Assembly (NCBI GenBank): GCA_963422535.1
Contig: OY730227.1
Location: forward strand, 2,655,582 to 2,719,581
Length of the DNA stretch: 64,000 nucleotides
Source: an uncultured Mucilaginibacter sp.
GTDB lineage: Bacteria > Bacteroidota > Bacteroidia > Sphingobacteriales > Sphingobacteriaceae
Direction: 5' to 3'
Within the stretch, counting starts at the first letter, position 1. Each line of letters starts with the position of its first letter. The position numbers and the translations under genes are program-made. Positions 49,568-58,860 of this stretch are shown here, piece by piece. The notes under the pieces were generated by a model. The model was given only the letters and a program-made list of their open reading frames with translations, had not been told where the DNA came from and did no database searches.

Positions 49568-52297
49568 TTACTGCACCTTATATCGATATACGTATCGCCC
49601 TATATTACCATCTTTATCAATACCCTCTATAATGGCTTTATACGTGCCCACGCCATCGGCATTATAAAACTCGAATGTGGTATTTCCATTTTTATCGGTT
49701 ATAATGTTCGGGTTCCAATAAATGGTACTGCGGTAATCGTTCGGTGTGCTATTACTTGCAGGTCGGTCGTATTTCGGCGAGTAAAATACTCTTGAGGTAG
49801 TATATCCACCAGGGTAAAACTCCACTACATTGTTTTTGGGCAATAGTGCCAATAGTTGGTCTTTGGTTATTTTCTCGCCTTTGGGCTGCTGTTTCATGTT
49901 TACTACCAAAACCCCTTTTGTATTCGTGGTCCGATTGATGCTGCTTAATCCATCGCTATTAAATATCTCAACAGATTCCACCATATTAGGGTCAACGTTG
50001 GTAAGGTAATTATAATCAACCGACATACCATTCACATATATTGCTACAGGCAATCTATTTCCGCTATTATAATCGCGTGTTACATAAAAGTTATCGCTAT
50101 CAAAAGTCAATCCAATAGCCGACCCAAGTAAGCATTGTGTAAATACTCCACAGCCTTTAAATCTATCTCCTGTTATGGTATGGTCGGCTTCAAAACTTAA
50201 GCCACTTAATGTACCATAATCGTTATGACTTGCTTTTTTTAAAGCCACTTTTGATTTGATGACCACTTCTTTTAGTTCACGAGGTTTATTAAACTGCTTT
50301 TTGCTGTTTTGTAAATAGGGGTGCAGGATGCTATCTATATTGGCTACTGCTCCTACTTGATTAATGAATAGGGTAGATGGAGGAGCAATTACACCATCTA
50401 CATCCACTTTCAAATTATTACCATTGGCATTATCTCTACCATTTACTACTACTTTAGACGAGTCGGCCAAAATGATATTTGAAAACCTAAACCTACCATT
50501 TACATCGGTAACAGTTTGTGTCGAAAAGCTTTTATCAGGTATAAATAAACGTACATTGCCTCTTGCAACGGGTATGCCTGCATTGGTACGCAATGTGCCT
50601 GTTATTTCAATGCCTTGTTCGGGAAAGAATGTGATTGGAGGTATTTTATCAGCAATCAAATTTTTGTACGAAAACCTCCTGTAACCTTGTGTTAGCATCA
50701 ACACATCCAAATCGGCATTAGTTTTTTCGTTCGGGCGATTGAAGTAATAGTTGGGTTTTTCAATAAAGCCTCTCAAGTCTGATGTCAATAGTTGATAGGT
50801 TAAAATAGTGGTTTCGTCGTTTTCGTCATAAGGTACAATACTTTCGTTGATAACCGATGCCGAAAAATTACCTTCCACAGGCACAGTCTTGTTTTTAGCC
50901 AAAACTAAAAACTTTACTTTTTGCCTACGCGAATAGGAAGCAAAGTCGGATTTTAGTGACAGATTTAATTGGTCGTGGTTTTGGATAAATACCACACGCT
51001 CGCTTAATGGAGAGCCTTTTACCGAAAAAATAGTTATCTGTAAAACCCCCGTCGGGAATTTGCTTTTAGGGATATATGCCACATATACAGGGTTTTTTAA
51101 AATGGCTTGTGCTGCATAGCACACTATGCCACCACTTTGTGCCATTACGTAGAATGATTTGTTTTGATTTTTTTCAAAAAACTCGCTATTGGCGGTAATT
51201 TTAATGGCAATGGTATCAACTCTCGAATTATTTACCGATAGGTTGATGCCTTGTATGCGCGCCGTAGGTAGGTCGAAACTATTTTGTGTGCCATCAGCAA
51301 AAGTAAAATTAGCTTTATAGGTTTTATCCACTTCGGGCAATAGCGCAAATACACCCATGCCCAAATGCTGTGAAGTGAAGTTTGCCACCACTGCACCCGT
51401 GTTGTCAACTATTGTTCCAGTAGCACCTATGCCCAAGCCATCGGGCTTTAAGGCTTTAAAAGCCACTCGTGAGCGCACACCATTTATTAATGTGCCACCT
51501 TCTGGAAAAAACTGAACATCAATACTTGGTGGTGTTATTTCTATCGGGAAGGCTTTTGTGATAGGCTTTGTTTCGCCAATATTTAGCTCGGTGTTTATCG
51601 TACTTGTTTTAATGTCGGTAGTTTTTTCTGTCGAAAAACTGATATTAAGCACTCCATTTACATCTGTTTCTCCTTTGCCTTTTGCTATAGTTTCGTCGGA
51701 GTTTACTACCGTCCAATTTACTTTTTTATTGCTGTAAGGCTCTCCGTTTTGGTTTTTATATACTACAGTTGCGTTTATTTTCGATAGCTTATCAGTAATA
51801 GAATTTTTAAATGATATGCGTGGTATTACCTGCCCATCTTGAGTGCTGCCAATGGTTATAGTTTTGTTAAAATAGTAGGCAATATCAGCGTTTCGCATCC
51901 AACGGGTATATGCTCTGATGTGATAATGCCCCCGTTTTATATAGGTAGATGGTAACGGTATATAGCCATTACTTGTGCCATTTACAATCGGTAATTTAAG
52001 TTCGTTTATTAGTTGGCTTTCATCATTAGTTATATCTACATACAATATTCTACTTAGTGCCGAAAGTTGATGCAAGTCAATCGTTACGTAAGCCTTAAAC
52101 CAAATGGTATCACTCGCTGCATAATATGGCTTATCGAAATGTAAGTAAACTTTTTCGGTAGGTCTATCATTAGTAAGTTTCGAGGTTTTAGCAATAATAG
52201 TTGTAAGTGGGATACTATCACGTTGTGCAGATACGGTTAGATGTGTAATAGCTACTATAACGGTTAGTACGAATAAAAATCTACGTAAATTCATCAA
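49568..52297 (-). CDS. Large secreted MG2/macroglobulin-like protein with carboxypeptidase-regulatory-like and plug-like domains
   Basis: EKVYLHFDKPYY..DTIWFKAY, FFPEGG, LDVLMLTQG and YRSTIYWNP..F.FYNAD. Confidence 0.75.
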   Translation of the reverse strand: MMNLRRFLFVLTVIVAITHLTVSAQRDSIPLTTIIAKTSKLTNDRPTEKVYLHFDKPYYAASDTIWFKAYVTIDLHQLSALSRILYVDITNDESQLINELKLPIVNGTSNGYIPLPSTYIKRGHYHIRAYTRWMRNADIAYYFNKTITIGSTQDGQVIPRISFKNSITDKLSKINATVVYKNQNGEPYSNKKVNWTVVNSDETIAKGKGETDVNGVLNISFSTEKTTDIKTSTINTELNIGETKPITKAFPIEITPPSIDVQFFPEGGTLINGVRSRVAFKALKPDGLGIGATGTIVDNTGAVVANFTSQHLGMGVFALLPEVDKTYKANFTFADGTQNSFDLPTARIQGINLSVNNSRVDTIAIKITANSEFFEKNQNKSFYVMAQSGGIVCYAAQAILKNPVYVAYIPKSKFPTGVLQITIFSVKGSPLSERVVFIQNHDQLNLSLKSDFASYSRRQKVKFLVLAKNKTVPVEGNFSASVINESIVPYDENDETTILTYQLLTSDLRGFIEKPNYYFNRPNEKTNADLDVLMLTQGYRRFSYKNLIADKIPPITFFPEQGIEITGTLRTNAGIPVARGNVRLFIPDKSFSTQTVTDVNGRFRFSNIILADSSKVVVNGRDNANGNNLKVDVDGVIAPPSTLFINQVGAVANIDSILHPYLQNSKKQFNKPRELKEVVIKSKVALKKASHNDYGTLSGLSFEADHTITGDRFKGCGVFTQCLLGSAIGLTFDSDNFYVTRDYNSGNRLPVAIYVNGMSVDYNYLTNVDPNMVESVEIFNSDGLSSINRTTNTKGVLVVNMKQQPKGEKITKDQLLALLPKNNVVEFYPGGYTTSRVFYSPKYDRPASNSTPNDYRSTIYWNPNIITDKNGNTTFEFYNADGVGTYKAIIEGIDKDGNIGRYVYRYKVQ

Positions 52298-52407
52298 AAT
52301 AGGTTGAAAAAAGATGTCCGATAAATATAGGTATTTAGCCGAATAGCTGAAGGGTATATTTGGGGTTTAACACTTTTTTACAATTGCAAAATGGATAGGT
52401 ATAAATA

Positions 52408-52463
52408 AATAAGACTTAATTTGGCAGCTCTCAGAAACAGAAGCCAGCAAATTAAGTCTTATT
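52408..52463 (-). terminator. Rho-independent terminator after the 71-aa gene
   Basis: Perfect 16-bp arms aataagacttaatttg / caaattaagtcttatt with an A-rich left flank. Confidence 0.7.
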
Positions 52464-52483
52464 AAAAAAGTGTAAGGTAGAAA

Positions 52484-52699
52484 TTAACTCCAGCCAGTAC
52501 CTTTTTTTGCGTTGCCATTTTGTATATGACCTTCGGCAGTAGCCTTGCTCATAATAGCAGCCATTTTATTACCTGCGCTATCTTTTCCTGTTGCAATGTA
52601 CCTGCCTGATTTTACGTCAATAACTGGATCAATCATTGGAACGTTTTTAGTTTTTGTTTTTACTGAATACGCGGTTATACCGCTTCCTGCTGTTGCCAT
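52484..52699 (-). CDS. Small basic protein resembling DUF5679 but lacking its cysteines
   Basis: AYSVKTKTK..M.DP....K.GRY.ATG....GNKM; has its own terminator. Confidence 0.6.
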   Translation of the reverse strand: MATAGSGITAYSVKTKTKNVPMIDPVIDVKSGRYIATGKDSAGNKMAAIMSKATAEGHIQNGNAKKGTGWS

Positions 52700-52972
52700 G
52701 ATAAGTTGTTTTTAATTTGTTTATATAAACCCGTTTTAAGGCTAATTGTTTACAATAAACGTATTTTTTGGCATTCCTCCCTATTTAAGTTATCAACGTA
52801 TTATCCGTTTTCAACATATTTATTTAGCATACTAATAGTGTAATTAATTGCAATGTTTGTAAGTAGCTTTTAATCAAATAGATATGAATATGCTAAGTGT
52901 GCCCAATTAATGATAGCGCAGTTATACAAAAAAGTAAAATTTGTTGTTAATATTGTACAAGCAAAATCAGCT

Positions 52973-53173
52973 ATGAACAAAAAGCGAGATACAAGTATAG
53001 CCTATCTACTTTTAGGTATATATGCGCTCATGGTCAATTGGTATTACAACCACTCCATTATATTGCTCATTTTTGCCTATATTTTTTGGCCTTTTTACTT
53101 GGTTTACGAACTACTTTCGGGGCATCTATCGCATGATATGTGGAAGATTATCCCTTTATCTTATTTTAAATAA
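52973..53173 (+). CDS. Small two-TM membrane protein
   Basis: Hydrophobic 66-aa ORF just upstream of the PNPOx-like gene. Likely ATG is 52973; the ORF track gives 52910. Confidence 0.55.
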   Translation: MNKKRDTSIAYLLLGIYALMVNWYYNHSIILLIFAYIFWPFYLVYELLSGHLSHDMWKIIPLSYFK

Positions 53174-53178
53174 TCAAT

Positions 53179-53745
53179 ATGGCAAAGTTTTCAGACAGCA
53201 TTCAACCCTCACACAAAGCATTTATGGAGCATCAGAAAATGTTTTGCGTGAGTAGTGCACCACTTAGTGCCGATGGGCATATCAACCTTTCGCCAAAAGG
53301 AACAGATTGTTTTCGAGTATTATCACCCAATAAGGTAGCCTATATGGATGTAATAGGTAGTGGTAACGAAACATCGGCTCACATACTCGAAAACGGACGC
53401 ATCACCATTATGTTTTGCGCTTTTGATGGGCCACCCAATATTTTACGTTTGTATGGTACAGGCAAAACAGTATTGCCAAGCGATGCCGAGTGGGATGAAT
53501 TGGCAGTTCATTTTGAGTTGAAACTCGCTACACGGCAAATTATTGTAGCCGATATAGCCCAAGTGCAAACCTCGTGTGGTTTTAGTGTGCCTTTGTATGA
53601 ATATGTAGGCGAGCGCGACCATGCCGATAAATGGGCTAATAGCAAAGGTGCCGAAGCATTAGAAGCCTATAAGTTGGAGAAAAACCTTGTAAGTATTGAT
53701 GGTTTACCTACTGCCTTGTACAAGAAGGAAAAGGCGACACGATAA
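53179..53745 (+). CDS. Pyridoxamine 5'-phosphate oxidase-like FMN-binding protein
   Basis: INLSPKG, GSGNETSAH..ENGRITIMFCAF and QTSCGFSVP. Confidence 0.88.
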   Translation: MAKFSDSIQPSHKAFMEHQKMFCVSSAPLSADGHINLSPKGTDCFRVLSPNKVAYMDVIGSGNETSAHILENGRITIMFCAFDGPPNILRLYGTGKTVLPSDAEWDELAVHFELKLATRQIIVADIAQVQTSCGFSVPLYEYVGERDHADKWANSKGAEALEAYKLEKNLVSIDGLPTALYKKEKATR

Positions 53746-53756
53746 GTGTAAGTTTC

Positions 53757-54110
53757 TTATGCTGCTATCACTTGTCCAATAAATAGCAACGTTTTGGTAT
53801 GGGGGATAATGATATGAATTTCTCGCATACCATACGCTCTGTTGAAAGGCGGTTTTACTTTTATGCCCTCAAGCCTGTTTTTGATTTGTTCCCATAAATT
53901 ATCAATATCATCTACTTCGAGATAAAATTCCATTTCGCCAATAGCTTCGCCTGCTTGCAAAATATGAATGCTGCAGCTATTTTTATCGATAATGGCATAA
54001 GTTCCTTCATCTCTTACCACCCCGAATCCTAATACTGTTGTGAAAAAACTAAGCGTTTCTCGCACATTATACGAGGGTATCATCGGGCTTAAATGTAATG
54101 CTTTATACAT
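53757..54110 (-). CDS. VOC/glyoxalase-bleomycin resistance family protein
   Basis: FFTTVLGF, FYLEVDDID and RAYGMREIHI. Confidence 0.8.
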   Translation of the reverse strand: MYKALHLSPMIPSYNVRETLSFFTTVLGFGVVRDEGTYAIIDKNSCSIHILQAGEAIGEMEFYLEVDDIDNLWEQIKNRLEGIKVKPPFNRAYGMREIHIIIPHTKTLLFIGQVIAA

Positions 54111-54132
54111 TTTGTGCTAAAAAATTGCATTA

Positions 54133-55026
54133 CTAATGTACAGTTTTCTCATACTCTTTTTGCATTACTCGTGCAGTTTGGGTTTTGCCTTCGTGATGCC
54201 AGCCTGGCGGGTTGATGAGGTATTTTAGTTTGGTTTTCAAATCGGGGGCATACTTCACATCTTGTAATAATGCCTTCCATTCGTGAAATAAGATATTTGC
54301 TGGCCCTGCATCTTCAACAGGTTTCGTGATGCCGTATTTAATAGGTTCGGGTAGGTTTTCTTCTCTAAAAGTACCAAACAATCTATCCCAAATAATAAAC
54401 ATCATCCCCATATTTTTATCTAAATAAGGAATGTTTGAAGCATGATGAACACGGTGATGCGATGGGGTAACAAAAATCCATCCATACCATTTGGGCAATT
54501 TAATTTGATATTGCGTATGCACGATATTGCCATAAAGTTGAGTGACCAGATAGGCATACAAAATATCTATCGCGGTAAAGCCCATTAATGCTAATGGTAA
54601 ATAGAAAAATACACGATACAACGGCTCGAACACAGTTGAACGAAAACCAGTAGTAAGGTTAAAATGTTCGGATGAGTGATGTGTAACGTGCACAGCCCAA
54701 AACAAGCGGCAATAATGACCCACATAGTGCAACACCCAGTATAAAAAATCTTGTGTGATAACTAATATTGCCCAATAGGCTACGGCATTTTTTAGCTCGA
54801 ATAGTCTAAATTGATAGGTGTATTGTAGGATAAAAAAAGTAAAGCCTTTAACAATTAAATTAACTACAAAAGCGAGCAAAGTGAGGTAGATATTGGTTAT
54901 AGTATCTCGCTTCTCGTAATACTTTCGATTTTCGCGATAGCTTAGCCACATCTCAACAAGTGTAAGCAATACCAATACGCTTATTAGTATTATCACCGCC
55001 CCACTTCTTGAATTTATATCGAACAT
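54133..55026 (-). CDS. Sterol desaturase / fatty acid hydroxylase family protein
   Basis: His boxes HYVGH, HVTHH, HT and HHRVHH. Confidence 0.9.
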   Translation of the reverse strand: MFDINSRSGAVIILISVLVLLTLVEMWLSYRENRKYYEKRDTITNIYLTLLAFVVNLIVKGFTFFILQYTYQFRLFELKNAVAYWAILVITQDFLYWVLHYVGHYCRLFWAVHVTHHSSEHFNLTTGFRSTVFEPLYRVFFYLPLALMGFTAIDILYAYLVTQLYGNIVHTQYQIKLPKWYGWIFVTPSHHRVHHASNIPYLDKNMGMMFIIWDRLFGTFREENLPEPIKYGITKPVEDAGPANILFHEWKALLQDVKYAPDLKTKLKYLINPPGWHHEGKTQTARVMQKEYEKTVH

Positions 55027-55027
55027 C

Positions 55028-56077
55028 TTATAATGAAGAATAATAGCTCAAACTATTGTAAAGTTCGTCTTCGGTACAGATATTATCAATACGGCATTCG
55101 CCAATAGCTGCCAATAAAGTGCAATTTATTTTGCCCGATTGGTTTTTCTTGTCCTTTTGCATAATGCTGTATAGTTCATTATAACAACCTTCGGCTATGG
55201 TATATTTAGGATATAGCTGGTTGATAGTAACTACTATTTCGTTCAGTTCGGCTTCACTTAAACCTGTTTTTAGGTTTGATAGTTTTGCTTCACAAATCAT
55301 CCCTATTGCAATAGCTTCGCCATGCGTAAGCGGGTTTTCATCATTCATCAACGAGTAAGTTTCAACCGCATGACCAATGGTATGCCCAAAGTTTAAACTC
55401 TTGCGGATGCCCTTTTCGTGTGGGTCTTCAATTACCACCTTGTTTTTTATCCCAACAGAGTGATATACCAATGCCGCAGATGGTTTTTTCAAATCGCTGG
55501 TTTTTAATAAATTCCAGTAGCTGGCATCAAATATTAACCCGTGTTTTAACATTTCGGCAACGCCCGATAAAATTTGTCTTGCTGGTAAAGTTTGCAGAAA
55601 AGTATGTTCGATAAAAACGGCTTTAGGTTGAGTAAATGTGCCGATGATGTTTTTGATATTATCCATATCAATACCAGTTTTACCACCTACCGAAGCATCA
55701 ACCTGCGAAAGCAGGGTAGTAGGTATATGCACAAAATCAATCCCACGTTTATAGGTTGATGCTGCAAAACCGCCCAAATCACTAATCACCCCGCCACCTA
55801 AATTGATGAGCAAACTTTGCCTATCCGCATCAAAATCAATCAGCATTTTCCACACACCTATACAAAAATCAATATTCTTGTTTTCTTCGCCAGCGGCGAT
55901 TTCAATAATATCGAAATCCTTAATATAATCTTTGATAATAGGTAGGCAATGCTCCCCGGTGTTTTCGTCAGTCAATACAAAACACTTCGAGTAATTACCT
56001 TTTTCTATAAATGTAGCCAGCTCGGCTAATGTATGCTTAAAATAAATTGGATAGCTAATGCTATTTAGCGTATTCAT
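55028..56077 (-). CDS. aroB: 3-dehydroquinate synthase
   Basis: GGGVISDLGGF, PTTLLSQVDASVGGKTG and NFGHTIGHAVE. Confidence 0.96.
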   Translation of the reverse strand: MNTLNSISYPIYFKHTLAELATFIEKGNYSKCFVLTDENTGEHCLPIIKDYIKDFDIIEIAAGEENKNIDFCIGVWKMLIDFDADRQSLLINLGGGVISDLGGFAASTYKRGIDFVHIPTTLLSQVDASVGGKTGIDMDNIKNIIGTFTQPKAVFIEHTFLQTLPARQILSGVAEMLKHGLIFDASYWNLLKTSDLKKPSAALVYHSVGIKNKVVIEDPHEKGIRKSLNFGHTIGHAVETYSLMNDENPLTHGEAIAIGMICEAKLSNLKTGLSEAELNEIVVTINQLYPKYTIAEGCYNELYSIMQKDKKNQSGKINCTLLAAIGECRIDNICTEDELYNSLSYYSSL

Positions 56078-56081
56078 AAAG

Positions 56082-56288
56082 TTATACTAACTTAATTATT
56101 GTTCCCCTGAATTCAACCATATCGCCTTGTTTTACTTTCAGGCGTTTGCGATAATCAACCTCGCCGTTATATTTTACTTCGCCTTCGGCTACTACAATTT
56201 GCGCCTCGCCCCCTGTATCAACCAAAGCAGTTGCTTTCAAAAGTTGTATCATGGGTATATAATCGCCTTCTATTTTGAACTCTATCAT
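56082..56288 (-). CDS. S4-domain RNA-binding protein (YaaA/YbcJ-like)
   Basis: YIPMIQLLKA..TGGEAQ..V.EG.V..NGEVD.RKR. Likely start is 56288. Confidence 0.88.
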   Translation of the reverse strand: MIEFKIEGDYIPMIQLLKATALVDTGGEAQIVVAEGEVKYNGEVDYRKRLKVKQGDMVEFRGTIIKLV

Positions 56289-56354
56289 TAAGGGCAAAAA
56301 TAAACTATTCAAAGGATATTGAGTTATTTGCTTTGCATTTTATAATTTTGCGCC

Positions 56355-57557
56355 ATGCTCAATAACGAAACTGTTACTAACCCCGGTAAGGGCGAACTAT
56401 CTTTTGAAAATACCGAAATAGCTTTCCGCCATTCTTCAAATGCTGATTTAAAACGTGCCTATTGGCTTTTCAGCATGATAAATATTAACTTTTTTGTAAA
56501 GATGGGGCCACCTATTACCAACTTTGCCATGAAAATTGGGTTGCCTATAAAGGGTATTATTAAGGCTACCATATTTAAACATTTTTGCGGTGGCGAGGCT
56601 ATTACTGAGTGCGATAATACAATTAAAAACCTGCACAAAGGCGGCGTAGGTACTATATTAGATTATTCTGTTGAGGGTGAGGATGAAGAAGGTGTGTTTG
56701 ATGCTACCCGCGATGAAATTATCTTAACCATTAAGCGTGCCACAGGCGATAAAGCTGTGCCTATTACCGTATTTAAAGCCACAGGCGTTTGCAGGTTTGC
56801 TTTGCTCGAGAAGTTGGATGCTGGTATAAAATTAACCCACGATGAGGAAATGGAGTGGGAAAAGGCGCAAAATAGGGTATTGGCAATATGCTCAAAAGCG
56901 CATGAAAATGGCATTCCAGTAATGATTGATGCCGAAGAAACTTGGATACAAAACACAATTGATTTATTGGCATTAAACATGATGCGCAGGTTTAATAAGG
57001 AGAAAGCAATTGTGTATAATACCTACCAAATTTATAGGCACGATAAATTAGCATCGTTAAAAAATGATTACACCGTTGCGGCAAACGAAGGCTTTATTTT
57101 GGGTGCAAAATTGGTTCGAGGAGCTTATATGGAAAAAGAGCGTAAGCGTGCTGCCGAAATGGGTTATGCTTCGCTAATTCAGCCCGATAAGCAATCTACC
57201 GATAGGGATTATGACGCTGCTTTAAGTTTTTGTGTTGAGCATCTTGCACAAATAGCTTTTGTAGCTGGTACACACAACGAAAATAGTTGTCGTTTGCTTG
57301 CCGATTTGTTAAACCAAAAAGGCATCTCCTATCATCACCCACATGTATATTTTTCTCAATTACTGGGCATGAGCGATAATCTGAGCTTCAATTTAGCTGA
57401 TGCAGGATATAACGTAGCCAAATATGTGCCTTATGGGCCAGTAAAATCGGTATTACCTTATCTGTTCAGACGAGCACAAGAGAATACCGCAATTGCAGGG
57501 CAAATGAGCCGCGAATTGAGTTTAATTATTAAAGAAAAAAATCGTAGAAAAATTTAA
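56355..57557 (+). CDS. Monofunctional proline dehydrogenase
   Basis: ILDYSVEG, MIDAEE, KLVRGAYM, GTHNE, SQLLGM and KYVPYG..YL.RRA.EN; -7 box TAATTTTG at 56343. Confidence 0.92.
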   Translation: MLNNETVTNPGKGELSFENTEIAFRHSSNADLKRAYWLFSMININFFVKMGPPITNFAMKIGLPIKGIIKATIFKHFCGGEAITECDNTIKNLHKGGVGTILDYSVEGEDEEGVFDATRDEIILTIKRATGDKAVPITVFKATGVCRFALLEKLDAGIKLTHDEEMEWEKAQNRVLAICSKAHENGIPVMIDAEETWIQNTIDLLALNMMRRFNKEKAIVYNTYQIYRHDKLASLKNDYTVAANEGFILGAKLVRGAYMEKERKRAAEMGYASLIQPDKQSTDRDYDAALSFCVEHLAQIAFVAGTHNENSCRLLADLLNQKGISYHHPHVYFSQLLGMSDNLSFNLADAGYNVAKYVPYGPVKSVLPYLFRRAQENTAIAGQMSRELSLIIKEKNRRKI

Positions 57558-57700
57558 TCGCATTTTACCCAATTGTGGCATTTTTTGCTGATTGGGGAAA
57601 TATGATTTTATTAGAAAAATAAAAGTATTTCTATTTTTCTATAAATTCAATTAAAACTTAAATCGAAGCCTTTTTTAAGAAAATAATTGAAACATTAACC

Positions 57701-57799
57701 CACCCAAAAACGTTTAAATGACAGTCGATAATCATATAATTTATAAATAGTTATATCGACTGTTCTTTATTCAATTGGTTTGCACCGTGTTTTTGGGTG
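57701..57799. other. Nested inverted repeats in the leader upstream of wza
   Basis: Outer arms CACCCAAAAAC (57701-57711) / GTTTTTGGGTG (57789-57799); inner arms ACAGTCGATA (57721-57730) / TATCGACTGT (57754-57763). Confidence 0.5.
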
Positions 57800-58034
57800 C
57801 TAACTACCTGTTTTTTTACTAAAGCATTCAAAGCAAAATTGCTTGCATTTTCAAACAAGCAGTTTTTAATTTAATTAAGCTTGATTAAGCATTTAATTGC
57901 ACCATTATGGTATGATTTTTGCCTGTTCGAGTAATTAATTATTAATAAAAGCCAGCAATTGTATAATTGTTTTTAAATTTATCTGAAAATATAAAATGGT
58001 TGCTTTTAAACAATAAAATATAATTTTGAGACCT

Positions 58035-58844
58035 ATGATAAACTTTAAATTAAAAAAAATAGCTATTGCTCTTATTGTTTTGGTTTTGTCTTGCAGCTCA
58101 TGTAGCTCATACAGAAATGTCCCATACTTTCAGGATGTAGATCAAAACACGATTAGTAAGGAGGATATTAACAATTACTCGCCATTTGTAATTCAATCAG
58201 GCGATTTATTGGGTATCAATGTTACCACCGATTCGAAAGGAGCAGAGGCATTTAACTACAATTTGAATAGAATAAGCGGCATTTCGGGCGATACAGGTTT
58301 GCATAATGAGATGGGTTCTCAAAACTCGGTTATAGGGTTTTTGGTTGATGTAAATGGTAATATCAATTTGCCATACATTGGTTTAATGAAGGTTACAGGT
58401 TTAACAACAAATAACTTGGCAGAACAGCTGCAAAACAAACTGGTAAACATATTTAATAAGCCAGTAGTTAATGTAAGAGTTTTAAACTTCAAAATATCAG
58501 TTTTGGGAGATGTACAACGTCCTGATGTTTTTACCGTTCAAAACGAACGTATTACTATAACTGAAGCTTTAAGTTTGGCTGGCGATTTGAATATTACAGG
58601 TATCAGAAATAACATATTGTTAATTCGTGAAATTAACGGTAAACGTGAATACATACCAATAGATTTAAACTCAAAAAAATTATTTAGCTCGCCATTTTAT
58701 TATCTAAAAAATCACGATGTAATTTATGTTACACCAAATAGGGCTAAGTTTTCGAGCAATAATACGGCTGGTTTCCAAAAAGTGAGTTTAATTATTTCAG
58801 CAATTTCGGTTATTGCCCTCTTCCTTGTCAACAAAAAATTATAA
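58035..58844 (+). CDS. wza: Polysaccharide export outer-membrane lipoprotein
   Basis: Lipobox, IQSGDLL.I.V, G.INLPYIG, SLBB domain (EALSLAGDL) and LKNHDVIYV. Start is 58026 or 58035. Confidence 0.92.
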   Translation: MINFKLKKIAIALIVLVLSCSSCSSYRNVPYFQDVDQNTISKEDINNYSPFVIQSGDLLGINVTTDSKGAEAFNYNLNRISGISGDTGLHNEMGSQNSVIGFLVDVNGNINLPYIGLMKVTGLTTNNLAEQLQNKLVNIFNKPVVNVRVLNFKISVLGDVQRPDVFTVQNERITITEALSLAGDLNITGIRNNILLIREINGKREYIPIDLNSKKLFSSPFYYLKNHDVIYVTPNRAKFSSNNTAGFQKVSLIISAISVIALFLVNKKL

Positions 58845-58860
58845 TTACAACAATTAGTAC

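Noticed and set aside
57701-57799. Bacteroides-type invertible capsule promoter
   Set aside because: Arms are short (11 bp), no -7 box lies inside on either strand, and no recombinase is in the window. Kept only as a structured-leader observation.
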